Source: the human T2T-CHM13v2.0 reference genome, Homo sapiens. Taken from it: DNA of 64,000 nucleotides. A program made the position numbers and the translations under genes. The stretch lies in NCBI RefSeq assembly GCF_009914755.1, contig NC_060936.1; one strand, 5' to 3'. Shown piece after piece: positions 1-18,765 of this stretch. The notes under the pieces are model-generated. The model was given only the letters and a program-made list of their open reading frames with translations. It was not told the origin of the DNA and made no database searches. Each line of letters begins with the position of its first letter. The stretch's first letter is position 1.

Positions 1-1051
1 AAAAGGAAGAAAACAGAAAACAGAAAAAGGTTCAACAGAACCAGAAACTGATTTCTTACAACTATTCTAATCACAGTAAAATCCATTTAACAAAAGGCAT
101 GCGCACATGTACACAAAAAGTAGGAAACACAAAAGGGAACATAACTACAGATACAGCCCTTGGGCTTCTATTTCAAGGGATTATTTTTTCAGTAAATTTC
201 CGTTTTAAATGGATAATTTTCTAAAAATTATGTAACTTTGAAAATTCACTCAAGAAATAGAAAATCTGAATTTCACCACACTCACAAAGCAAATAAAAAT
301 CCTATTTTCATATATAAAAGAAAAAGCCATCCAACTAATCTTACCAACTTAGTATAAGGCAGATACCAAAGTCACACTAAGGCAGTTTTTAAAAATTCTA
401 AATCAATCTCACTTGAGAAAAGACACAAAATGATAAAGTCTAGGCCAGGCATGGTGGCTCACACCTATACTCTTCAGGCCAAGGTAGGAGGATGGCTTGA
501 TACCAGGAGTTGGAGACAAGGCTGGGGAACTTAACGGGACCCTATCTCTAAGAAAAAAAAATTAAAAATAGCTGGGCATGATAGCACGCGTCTGTGATCC
601 CAGCTACTTAGGAGACTAAGGCGGAGGATCACTTGAGCCCAGGAGTTTGAGGCTGCAGTGAGCCATGATTGTGCAACTGTACTCCAGCCTGGGCAGCAGA
701 ATGAGATCCTGTCTCATAAAAATAAAAATCTCAGTGTTTCAGTGATTTATTGCTGTGTAACAAACCACCCCAACTTAGTGGCATAAACCACAGCTGAGTA
801 GAAAGTGATATAAAGTGAGCATCCTCCTCACAGTCTTGACTTTTCTAGTAGTGCTTCTGAAGTATCACCATTGTGTATTCTTCTTACTATATGTTGTTGA
901 TAGATGTGCTTTGTCAGTTAAAGAATTCTAGGCCAGGTGCAGTGGCTCACGCCTGTAATCCCAACACTTCAGGAGGCCAAGGTGGGCGGATCACCTGAGG
1001 TCAGGAGTTTGAGACCGGCCTGGCCAACACAGTGAAACCCCATCTCTACTA

Positions 1052-1555
<504 letters not shown>

Positions 1556-1558
1556 TCA

Positions 1559-1861
<303 letters not shown>

Positions 1862-2083
1862 TCATTAGTGTTGAAGTTTATCTTTTCCTCCCCACTGGGT
1901 CTATGAGAGGATCACATAGTTTTTTCCTTTAAGCTGTTAAGATGTATTATATAAATAGATTTTACTAATTTTTTAACATATCTGTAGCAGCCAGAGATGA
2001 TTCTAATATTGAACCATCCTTGATTTGACCCCTTTTGATCGTCATCTACTATTTCTTATACACCACTGGGTTTGCTTTGCTAA

Positions 2084-2420
2084 TGTGGAGACGACTGTAT
2101 TTTCCAATATATCTTCACATATTATCTTCCATCCCATGTGCTCTTTGCAATGTTACCCTGACATTCCCTCAAGAGGTACAGTCCTTTCCCCTCAAATATG
2201 GTCTGATCAATAGAATGTGGCAGAAATAATGTGCATGACTTTTGGTGTGGATGAGCAGCAGCTTGAGCTTAAAATGCTGACTTTCCTGATGCTCCCTTTT
2301 AGAACCCAGCGCTATACTGTAAGAGGCCCAAGCTCTGAAGAGGCGCTATGTTTAGGTTCTTTGGTCAATAGTCCCAGCTGAGCCCAGTCTGCGAATTATC
2401 CTAGCCTGGGTCTCAGATGA
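2084..2420 (+). mobile_element. MLT1-family (ERVL-MaLR) LTR fragment
   Basis: MLT1-like motifs (caatagaatgtggcagaa; agtcccagctgagcccag); boundaries approximate. Confidence 0.6.
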
Positions 2421-2570
2421 GATTATAGCTAGCATAGTTAGGGAAAAATAAGTGAACCTCCCGAGTACCTGGGATTCCAGGCACCCGCCACCACGCCCAG
2501 CTAGTTTTGTATTTTTAGTAGAGATGAGGTTTGTTGGCCAGACTGGTCTCAAACTCCTGACCTCAGGTGA

Positions 2571-3875
<1,305 letters not shown>

Positions 3876-4026
3876 CAGTCTGTGACTTATGATGGTTCAA
3901 CTTAACAATTTTTCAACTTTACAATGGTGCAAAAGTGATGCAGTCAGTAGAAACCATACTTTGAGTACCCATAAAACCATTCTGTTTTTCACTTTCAGTG
4001 TAATATTCAATAAATTAAATGAGATA
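3876..4026 (+). mobile_element. Tigger-family DNA transposon fragment (MER47/Tigger5-like)
   Basis: gacttatgatggttcaacttaacaatttttcaactttacaatggtg resembles a Tigger-type terminus. Confidence 0.55.
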
Positions 4027-4045
4027 GGGAGCCATGGGTGGGGAG

Positions 4046-4929
<884 letters not shown>

Positions 4930-5045
4930 TCACCTGAGGTCAGGAGTTGGAGACCAGCCTAGCCAACATGGTGAAACCCCGTCTCTACTAAAAATACAAA
5001 AATTAGCCAGGCATGGTGGTGCATGCCTGTAATCCCAGCTAGTCA

Positions 5046-5222
<177 letters not shown>

Positions 5223-5263
5223 TCACAAGAATCTCAAGGGAGACTAGCCTGGATAACATTTAT

Positions 5264-5264
5264 A

Positions 5265-5303
<39 letters not shown>

Positions 5304-5304
5304 A
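5264..5304 (+). repeat. (TAAA)n microsatellite in an Alu tail
   Basis: Read directly. Confidence 0.95.
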
Positions 5305-5553
5305 TTTAATCAGTGCAAATTCATACACTGAAAACCACAAAACGCTGTGAAATTGAATGAGATCCAAATTAAAGAAAAGTCATGGTGGGGCATGGTGGCT
5401 CACGCCTGTAATCCCCGCACTTTGGGAGGCCAAGGCAGGCGGATCACGAGGTCAGGAGATCGAGACCATCCTGGTCAACATGGTGAAACCCCATCTCTAC
5501 TAAAAATATGAAAATTAGCTGGGCGTCGTGGCACATACCTGTAATCCCAGCTA

Positions 5554-6012
<459 letters not shown>

Positions 6013-6281
6013 TGTGAAACCTGCAGGCTGCTCTGACCAACATCAAGAAGGTTCTGGCCAGGCTCTGTGGCTCACGCCTGCAATCTCTACACTTTGGGAG
6101 GCTAAGGTGGATAACTTGAGCTCAGGAGCTCGAGACCAGCCTGGGCAACATAGAGGGACCCTATCTCTACAGAAAACTTTTAAAATTGGCCGGGCACGGT
6201 GGCTCATGCCTGTAATCTCAGCACTTTGGGAGGCCAAGGCAGGCGGATCACGAGGTCAGGAGATCGAGACCATCCTGGCTA

Positions 6282-6584
<303 letters not shown>

Positions 6585-6795
6585 TCAAGGCTGCAGTAAG
6601 CTGAGATCGTGCACCACTGCACTCCAGCCTGGGCGACACAGCAAGACCGTCTAAAAAAAAATCCAACATTTATTTAGTGCTTACTATATACTAGGCACAG
6701 CTCTAACTTTACGTGTATCAAAGTAATTCAGTCTACAAAACCCTATGGGATAGGCAGTGTTATTAAATCCATTTCATTATAACCTCTTTTTTTAA

Positions 6796-7172
<377 letters not shown>

Positions 7173-7513
7173 TAGTCTCAAACTCCTGACCTCAGGTATC
7201 CACCCGCCTCGGCCTCCCAAAGTGCTGGGATTACAGGTGTGAGCCAATGCCTGGCCACATCTCTCTTTTCTAACAACAAAAAAGTGTGCCAGAAGAGCCA
7301 AAGTGGTGCTACCACAGGCTTGCCCAGTTTATTTTAAAAAAAACAATTACTTTTGGCCAGACACGGTGGCTCACACCTGTAATCCCAGCACTTTGGGAGG
7401 CTGAGGCGGGCGGATCACCTTAGGTCAGGAGTTCGAGACCAGCCTAACATGGTGAAACCCCATCTCTACTAAAAATACAAAAATTAGCCAGACGTAGTGG
7501 TAGGCGCCTGTAA

Positions 7514-7886
<373 letters not shown>

Positions 7887-8237
7887 TGAATTCCTGACCT
7901 CAAGTGATCCACCCACCTTGGCCTCCCAAAGTGCTGGGATTACGGAGGACGTGAGCCACCCTGCCCGGCCATGGCTCTAAGTTTCTTTGTTTCACTTTCC
8001 TTGCTTCTAATATTAAAGATCTGTCCATCTGATTCTTATGAAACTTACTATTCAGATAAACTGCATGCATCAGAACCAAGACCTCTTTTTTTTTTTCATC
8101 TAGTTATCACAGTTCAGAAGACTGGTAGGCACAGTTTATGATACTTCAATGAGAAAGAGACAAGAAAAGCAGAAGTATTTTTGAGGGGCAGTGTTGAACA
8201 AGCATAACTTTTTTTCTTCTCTTCCTCTGTCAACTGA

Positions 8238-8529
<292 letters not shown>

Positions 8530-8755
8530 TAAGCCACCGTGCCCGGCCTGAGTTGTTTTTTAAACAATTTTAAAAAAAATTATTTTAGAGGCTAGGTGCC
8601 GTGGCTCATGCTCGTAATCCCAGCACTTTGTGAGGCTGAGCAGGCGGATCATTTGAGGTCAGCAGTTCGAGACCAAGACTGGCTAACATGGTGAAACCCC
8701 GTCCCTACTTAAAAAACTACAAAAATTAGCCAGCTGTGATGGCACACACCTGTAA

Positions 8756-9070
<315 letters not shown>

Positions 9071-10073
9071 TAAGGAAGAGGAGCTAAAGAAGTAGTCAAG
9101 GCACATTTTGAAGGTTTCATTTTTCAATAAAATTTCCAGGTTTTTATTTTTTTTCTTTGGAGACAGTCTCCCTCTGTGGCTCAGGCTGGAGTGCAGTGGC
9201 GTGATCTTGGCTCACTGCAACATCTGCCTCCCAGGTTCAAGCGATTCTCATGCTTCAGCCTCCTGAGAGGCTGGGATTACAGGTGTGTGCCACCACACCT
9301 GGCTAATTTTTGTATTTTTAGTAGAGACGGGGTTTCACCATGTTGGCCAGGCTGGTCTCGAACTCCTGACCTCAGGTGATCTGCCCTCCCCCACCTCCCA
9401 AAGTGCTGGAATTACAGTCATGAACCACGACGCCTAGCCCCTCCCCCGCTTTTTACTGATCAACTTTTGTTAAGCATTCTGTGGTCCACGGAAGAAAAAA
9501 CCAAACACCAAAGAACAATAAACTTGTACAACCAGCCTTCCAGCCATCAATATTCTGGATTCCAGAATGATTGAGGCTGGACTTTGTTAATCATCGAAGG
9601 CTGGTATCTGAGAAACTCTTCCTCTCCCTTACCTTTATAGGCCACTTTTCTTTCAGTAATGCTGAAACACTGACTTAATAACAGTTGTCCCCTGGTCTAG
9701 CATTTAATAGGTAATCCACAATTTTTGCTGAATGTCAATAGCTAAACGTTAGTGACCTCTTAAGACTGTCTGGCAGAGTAAATCTTCGGCTTTATATCAC
9801 ATTCTCCGACCCAAAGGGCCAAAAATAGGCAAAGCTCTCTCCACTAAATCGGTTTCCTAAATTGGGGATCTCAAACTAGTAAAATTTCAGAAAACTTTCG
9901 GAACTTTTGTCAAGAGCATACTAAAAAAGTTTATCTTTTGTCGTTTACTATCATTAAAGCCATAAAACAGCATTTTACAAGGAAATTTTAAAAATTAAGA
10001 ATAAGGCATAACTCCCTTCCAGAGAGGTAGACCCAAAAATATTCTGAAAAGTTTTTGTAATGCATTAAAATGA

Positions 10074-10424
<351 letters not shown>

Positions 10425-10869
10425 TAAGTCCGTTTCTGTAGAAAATCCTTCCACATGGGTTAAAGGACACAACTCAATGTTACTTTATGGGATTAAGAAA
10501 AATCTGAGTAAGGCCGGGCACGGTGGCTCACGCCTGTAATCCCAGAACTTTGAGAGGCCGAGGCGGAGGATCACTTGAGCCCAGGAGTTCAAGACCAGCC
10601 TGAGCAACATAGAGTCCTCATCTCTTCAAGCCGAGCGTGGTAGCGCGCGCCTGTGGTCCCAGCTGCCCCATAGGCTGAGGTTGGAGAATCGCTTGAATCC
10701 CGGGGTTGGAGGCTGCAGTGAGTCGAGATCGAACCACTGCACTACAGCCTGGGCCACAGACCCCCGTCTCAATCTCGGAAAAAAAAAAGAGACTCCATCT
10801 AAAAAAAAAAAAAAAAAAAAAAAGCTGAGGAAGTCAAAGCCTTCACTCTTCATTTCTCCTTCCAAGAGG

Positions 10870-12230
10870 ACAGGGCCGGCGTCGGTCAAGGTCAATTGGC
10901 AGGTGAGTTGACAGCGCCGCCACTAATCGATGAAAACGCCCCCCGCGAGCACCCAGCTGCTCATGGCCTCCGGAAGCGGACGTAGGGCGGGTGGGGTACA
11001 GCTCCTAAGGAGAAACGGAACCGCAGGCACCGTCCCTCTCCCGCTGCAGCCTGAGGAACGCGTTCCGAGGAACCCCTAGCCACAAGTCAGGACCGCGTAC
11101 AAGATGGCGGCGCGTCACGTGGGCAGCGCGGTGACGCAGGACGGCGGCCCGCGCGGAGGCAGCGCCATAGCCTACCCCAAACGCACACTAGTGCTCAGTT
11201 TTGCCCCCCTCCCCTCCCCCGCCCCCGCCCCCGCCCCCAGTCTTGTGTAGATCATGCCGCCAGTAGCGGCCCTGACTGCCGAGGAAACGGTAGCTTAGGA
11301 CAGTTGGCTGTTAAGTGACACTGATTCTCCCCGCCCCGCCTGACCCCCGAGAAGGAGGCTTGTCCCCCGCTGCGTGAGGGGGTGGGGAAGTGGGTAGTGA
11401 ATTCGGATCTACCTGGGAGGGGGGAGTGGAAGTTCCCGCCCCGGAGAGCGGCGAGGCGGCAGCCACAGGTAAGTGGGGGGCGGGGAGGGACGTGCCCCGT
11501 GGCCCGGGCGGGGAAGGACGCGGGAACGTGGCGCCGGCGGGGACGCAGCGCGGGTCGCGCGCCTGGTGGGGGTCGCGCGCGGTGGTGGCGGTGGGGGAGG
11601 GGCGCAGCGGCAGGGGGAGGGGCCGCCCGCGCTTCCGGCCTCCGCGCCTCGGTGCAGAGCTGCGCTGCGCCCTTCCAGTCGTGCGTCTCCTCCTTTCCCT
11701 CGCCCCCAAATAAAAGTAAAGCCCGAAACCGCCCGCCGCGGGGTGGCTTTCGCCTCAGAAGCCGCCCTTTGCAGTCGCAGGCGCTAGCTCTCCGTGGGAG
11801 GTCTCGAGGTTGGGCCCGGAGCCGGGCGGAGGGCGGCGCGGATATGGCCTCGGCGCGGTGTCCGCCGAGCGGAGCCCGGGTCTGGTTAACCCCGCGACAG
11901 GGTCCTCGAAGCGCGTCGGCGCTGGCGACCCTGAGGGAAGAGGCGCGCCCCTTACCCTCCTGGAGCTTGCAGTCTAGCGGGCAACCGACGCACGGGCATT
12001 GCGCACGCCCCAGACAGTCCTGGAGAGATGCGCCTGGCAGCGGAGACAGAGTGGGGACAGTAGGCGGCTTTACCCCTGGCTAGGAATGACACAAGGGCGT
12101 CTGTACCCTTTGGGATGGGCGACCCAGCCGAGGGTGACTTTCTCTTTGATCTTGTATGTCAAAAAACGAAGCCTGGCATTTCTCACTTTGATCGACGCCG
12201 TGCAGCTGGCGGCTGAATCGCTTTGAAATG
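10870..12230 (+). promoter_or_regulatory. ATF1: CpG island / ATF1 promoter
   Basis: Dense CpG, very GC-rich, repeat-free. YY1 motif CAAGATGGCGGC (11100-11111), half-CRE CGTCA (11113-11117) overlapping E-box CACGTG (11116-11121), half-CRE TGACG (11132-11136), tandem GC boxes (CCCCCG)n at ~11216-11238. Boundaries approximate. Confidence 0.92.
11245..11468 (+). other. ATF1: ATF1 non-coding exon 1 (5' UTR); 5' end approximate
   Basis: Perfect donor CAG|GTAAGT at 11468/11469 inside the CpG island, downstream of the GC boxes. The TSS cannot be read from sequence. Confidence 0.85.
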
Positions 12231-12711
12231 ATTGCAATGTGAAATAATGTCTGGTTGTGGCGCTAGTGTTTTGAAGAGATTGGGCAACTGGTAGTCTTTG
12301 AGAACCTTTAGGGTTCAGAAGCTCGGCGTGGATCTGGCAGGCATCTTTGTCAAACTGGCCTCACCTGTGATGAGTTCGTAGGCATTTATGTCTCAGAATG
12401 CATTTTAACCTGAGGTTTTTGTTAACAGAAATGCGTTCTTCTAAAATGCTCTTTTTTCTTGGAGTTTATCATATGCAGTTATCTCCGTGTCTTAATTAGA
12501 ATCAATACTGTTGCCCTAAAGTCGAATGTATTAGCTCTTTAATACTTGCCGTTATCTTTTAGGGTTAGGTTTGGTCTGTGAGCTATCTGTCCATTCCTAC
12601 CCGATCACCAGCAGGTGGCAGTCCCTTCTGACTTTAAATATAGGGTGTGCTATCTTTGCCAGTTTTTGTTTTGTTTTGTTTGTTTGTTTGTTTGTTTTTA
12701 AATAGAGATGG

Positions 12712-13247
12712 TGTCAGAGGCGTGTGAACTAGAACAACTCCATCTTAAACAGGAGCTGGGTAAAATGAGGCTGAAACCTACTGGGCTGCATTCCCAGACA
12801 GTTAAGGCATTCTAAGTCACAGGATGAGACAAGTCAGCACAAAATACAGGTCATGAAGACCTTGCTGATAAAACAGGTTGCAGTAAAGAAGCCGGCCAAA
12901 ACTGAAATGGCCACAAGAGTGACCCCTGGTTATCCTCACTGCTACACTCCCATCAGCGCCATTTACAAATCCCATGGCAATGTCAGGAAGTTACCCTATA
13001 TGGTCTAAAAAGGGGAGGCGTGATTAATCCACCCCTTGTTTAGCCTATCATTGAGAAATAACAGTAAAAAGGGGTAACCAGCAGCCCTTGGGGCTGCTCT
13101 GTCTATGGAGTAGCCGTTCTTTTTATTCCTTTACTTTCTTCATAATGTTACTTTTACATCGCACTGTGGACTTGCCCTGAATTATTTCTTGCGCGAGATC
13201 CAAGAACCCTCAGTTGGGGCCTGGATCAGGACGCCTGTCCTGTAACA
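12712..13247 (+). mobile_element. MER41A 5' LTR
   Basis: TGTCAGAGGCGTGTGAAC...CCTGTAACA matches recalled MER41 consensus; lacks the GAS-containing segment of MER41B. Confidence 0.9.
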
Positions 13248-13253
13248 TATTTC

Positions 13254-13271
13254 TGGCGACCACAAAGGGAC
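13254..13271 (+). other. Primer binding site, tRNA-Arg type
   Basis: TGGCGACCACAAAGGGAC, one mismatch from the complement of the tRNA-Arg(TCG) 3' end GTCCCTTCGTGGTCGCCA (recalled). Confidence 0.75.
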
Positions 13272-13674
13272 TATAGTGCAGAAACCCTGACCCAACGGCT
13301 ACCTTTGGGTAAGTGTTGGGGTCCTGTAACGTATTTGTGGTGGCCACAGAAGCGACTATACTGCGGAAACCCAGTATTTATGTTTAGGAGTCTCTCCTAA
13401 GACAGTGGGTTCGAGGCCCCTCTTAATAAAAGGCAAGGACGCTTAAGCTTGACTGACCTTGGGTTGGAGGCCCTTCTAAGATATAGGGAGTTAGAGTCCC
13501 TCTCAGGTAACTCCCTCTCAGCTAAGAACAGGTTTGGCACTATGGGATATTAACTGCTGTTCTCTTTGGATTAATCTGCCTTGCGCTCTTTGCTGATGGC
13601 TGTGGGTGACAGAGTTAGGCATGAACAGGATCGTGGGACATGGGGAGCTTTTTCCTCTCTAAAAGGGGAGTCTT

Positions 13675-13825
13675 TTTTTTTTTTAATTTAAGTTTTAGGG
13701 TACATGTGCACATTGTGCAGGTTAGTTACATATGTATACATGTGCCATGCTGGTGCACTTCACCCACTAACTCGTCATCTAGCATTAGGTATATCTCCCA
13801 ATGCTATCCCTCCCCCCTCCCCCCA
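13675..13825 (-). mobile_element. Very short 5'-truncated young L1 (L1PA2/3-like 3' end)
   Basis: L1 3' UTR with GAG (non-Ta) diagnostic; 15-bp TSD taaaaggggagtctt (13660-13674) / taaaaggggaatctt (13826-13840). Confidence 0.9.
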
Positions 13826-14470
13826 TAAAAGGGGAATCTTGAGAGCTGATGGGACTGCTGGAAAAGGTCCCTTTGCTGCGTACAAGCGGCTGCCTGAGGT
13901 TTTCATTGTCGGCTGCAATGAGTGGGTCTTTTCTCTGGCCTCCCTAAGCTCTTCAGCTTCCCCACCCTGCCACAGGCAATACTTTTCTTCTCTACTTTGC
14001 GTTTCTTATTTTTTCTATTACTCAGGGCAACCATCTTACCTAGAGGCCACATGTTGAAACTCCAAGTCGGAGGTTGAATTAAAGATGACAGGTCCATCTG
14101 GGGGCAAATTTAAGCCTTGCTAGTTTGATATTGGGTGCTAAGCGGAGTGGCTAATGTCTTTGTTTTATCACACGTATTTTGCTCTGGCCAGAATGGAAAA
14201 AACATAATTTTCCTTTATGATACGGCTTGGCCCCCAGGGCAATGATGCTGCAAGCTTGAACACTAGGACCACTAAGGGAAAGGGAACCCAGAAGCCTGGG
14301 ATGCTGGCAAAAGGGTAAGAATGTATTACCAGTCAGATTTCTGGCTTCTCTCTCACTGTACAAATGGTTAAGTGAATGGTTAAAAAAAAAAAAAATCAGC
14401 CTGGCACGGTGGCTCAGGCCTGTAATCCCAGCACTTTGGGAGGCTGAGGCTGGTGGATCCCCTGAGGTCA

Positions 14471-14872
<402 letters not shown>

Positions 14873-15023
14873 TCAGAGAACAGGAATTTCAGGATTCATG
14901 TCATAGTTAGCTCTAAAAATAATATTAAATAGTTAAAAGCCCTTATAAGCTCAAAATTAACTACTCTAGACTCCTTCTGGGAAGGTCAACAGAGACTGCC
15001 CTGTGCTGTAGCTCAGTAGCTAA

Positions 15024-15293
<270 letters not shown>

Positions 15294-18118
15294 TAAACTG
15301 ATGGGATTACAGGCATGAGCCACCGCACCCAGCCAGCTTTTGCACTTCCGTGGCAACAGTCCAGGTTCAATTACCCACCTAGGAAGTAAGTCGTTTCTGG
15401 TTTAATATCTGCATGACTTTGTCTATTCTCTTCTCCTCTGTGAACTGTCTTATATTTTCCTTTTTCTAAGCACCTGGGAGGTTACCTTTGATAAAATTCA
15501 AAAGCCAGAAATACCAGCCGTTTGGCATAAAAACTTCTAAAAGGACTTTATTAAAGAGTGCTATGGTTAAAATAAGTTTAATTAAAAGTGGATATTCAAG
15601 CTCTAACAGCCTGGACTCCTTGGGAAAAACAAGAGGCACCAGAGACCCCTTTCGTGGCCCTGTTCTTCCAAGGGCTCCACCCTGAAGCCGGTAATCCAAT
15701 TAAGAAACTTAAAAACTGGCAAATGAAAAATCTTACAACCACTGTTATCATCATCATCTGTCTTTCTGTGTAGCTATATAGGTGTCGTGTGTAATATTTA
15801 TATAAAAGAGCTCTGATTAATCAGCTTAAACAAATAAACATTTAAATCAAATATTTTGAAAGCAAAATAACTAATGCCTTTTAGTTCATGTAACTTTAGT
15901 AATCTTTAGGAAATAAACACATCTTTAAAATTGATAAAAATGTTAATCTTAATTATGCAGGTCAGATATTAAGTTTGTTAAATGATTTGAGGTCATAAAC
16001 TGTTTCTTTGACTTTTAAAAATTGTTCAATTTACCCTACCTTAAAGCCATTAGATTCTAGATAAGGCCTGGGGACATGTGGAGTTAGCCACGCCCCTAAG
16101 CTGTGCTGGAGAGTCAGCTCTTATCTGCACTTCTGCCTGGTGTGTCCTAGGCTAGGCTCCACACCTAGTACATAATTAAAATTGCTTACTAACCAGGGTT
16201 TTCACCAAAAGTAAAAGTCGCTAAAAGTTAAAATTGGAACATGTAACTGAGACTATTGAAGAGACAGTTTTACATGTAAGGTGTGTAGTAAGGAAAATAG
16301 AATGTACTTTTGGTAAAAGATTATAAGAAGGCATGGAAATGTGGGGTTTTTTGGCTAAAGAGTTAAATAATTATTCTAAGTTGGCCGGGCACAGTGGCTC
16401 AAACCTGTAATCCCAGCACTTAGGGAGGTCGAGGCAGATGGATCACCTGAGGTTAGGAGTTTGAGACCAGTCTGGCCAACATGGTGAAACCCCATCTCTA
16501 TCAAAAAATACAAAAGTTAGCCGGGCATGGTGGCGCACACCTGTAGTCACAGCTACTCGAGGCTGAGGCAGGAGAAGCGCTTGAACCTGGGAGGGGGAGG
16601 TTGCAGTGATCTGAGATTGCACCACTGCACTCTATCCAGCCTGGGTGACAGAGCGAGACTCCATCTCAAAAAAAAAAAAAATTCATACAGGAAGCATTAT
16701 CAAATGTCAAATGGTGTTTTGCTTTCTTTGGATTATATTTACATAACTGTATTATTGGTATATGTTCCAAAGTTATGGGAAACTCCTATAATTCTAATAT
16801 GATTTAGTGTATGTTATTAATAATTATAATTGTTATGCAAAATATTGTGTGCCACAGAAGTAACCAAATTTCCTTATCATTTCTGGCTTTAATAGTGGCT
16901 CTCCTAAAACTTTTTATCATCCACAGACAATTGTTGTCTTGTTTTAATCCTGTTTAGAAGATGATTTATAATCAGCTATAGAACTCTAGCAGGTGTTCTT
17001 AAATGCAGGTTTCTAATAACTTTGGAAATTGTAACATTAGAATAGAGGAAACAACTTTCAGAACTCATGAAGAGCTAGAATGTTCATGAATATCAAATGA
17101 AACATGAGTTAATTGAATCAACTGAACCAATAGAAAACTGAAGTAATCTTTGATTAAAATGTTGCTGATCCTTTGTTTTGTTTTTCAGAGTCAAGGAAAC
17201 TTTTCATTTGAGCTATTTACAGTTCATAGCAATTGAGTAAAGTATACTGCTGTGAACGAAATTTGGAACATATTTGTTTCTCTATATCAGATTTCTCCAG
17301 AATTTGGAAACTAGTTGTGAGTATTCTTAACTTATGGCAATGTAATTATTTGCATAAGTGCAATAAGAATCTGTTTTCTTTTGTAACAGAATACAATTGG
17401 AGAAAGTGGTTATTTTACCAAGGCTTTGACTGAAATGGTGTGCTTTTCTTTAAGGAATCAAACTTGACTTGTAGAGCCAATAAAAGCCCTTTGGGGAACT
17501 GGCCTCATACCTTGCCTACACAGTGCCTGTACAGGGTTTCTGACCTATGGTAAGTAAAGAATGTCACTTTCTCACCTGTCCAGGAGCCCCAAGTTATCTT
17601 GGGACCTCAAAAGGAGAGAAATTTACCCAACTTATAGGTATTTAAGGGTACAAACCCATGTCAGGGCTTGGCTTTTAAAAAAGTCTTATCTGAGATTCCT
17701 TATGAAACAGAGTTCCATCAAAGCCAATTAAAAAGCCTATGTGAAAAATTATTATTCTTGCTGCACTTTATACAAACAATCAGGCCAAGTATAATAAAGC
17801 AAGTCAGTCTTACCATAATTTGTCTTTAGTAAAAATGGGAAACTGGAGAGAGAAATACTATGTTTCAAAAACTATGGTACACTTGTTATTAAATTCTGGT
17901 CTCATTAATTGTTTTTAAGTTTGTTTCTGCAATTTAGGCTAACCCTGCGTATTCTTGTAAACCAACCAGTAATCTCTAATTGTTGCTCAGAAGAAATAAG
18001 AGGGATGGGTAATTTAAAAATCTGGATCAGTATTCTGATTCTGGGCACATTACAATCAGCTAACAACCCGATATCAGCTTAGTTCCAGTGGTTGCCTGGT
18101 TCATGAAAAGTCTTCTAA

Positions 18119-18445
<327 letters not shown>

Positions 18446-18765
18446 TGAGCCACTGTACCCAGCCTATTTTGCTTTACTCTTGTGGAATATATTGCTGTTA
18501 TACTTTTTGTGTAGGAATACAGGACAAGCTTACTGAACGTTTTCTTACTAATTTTCCAGATACCACCTTTTGTTGAAACTTGAGTTATGAATGAACCTTA
18601 CCATACTGATGCTTTCTGACTGAGCTCCTTTTTACCCTGAATGCAAGAGACCCTCATAGGCAGGCAGGAATATCATTGCCCTATTTAGCCTGAAGAAGTT
18701 ATAGAAGATGGATCTTCGTCCCTCTGCAACCCTTAGGATTAAGGGTTCTCTTAGACGGGGGGAAA

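Noticed and set aside
9553-9568. Short inverted repeat attctggattccagaat as a heat-shock element
   Set aside because: The nGAAn units are not correctly phased; likely chance.
11311-12083. Long Arg/Gly/Pro-rich ORFs of 104-233 aa
   Set aside because: Stop-codon scarcity in the CpG island; they cross the exon 1 donor and resemble no protein I know.
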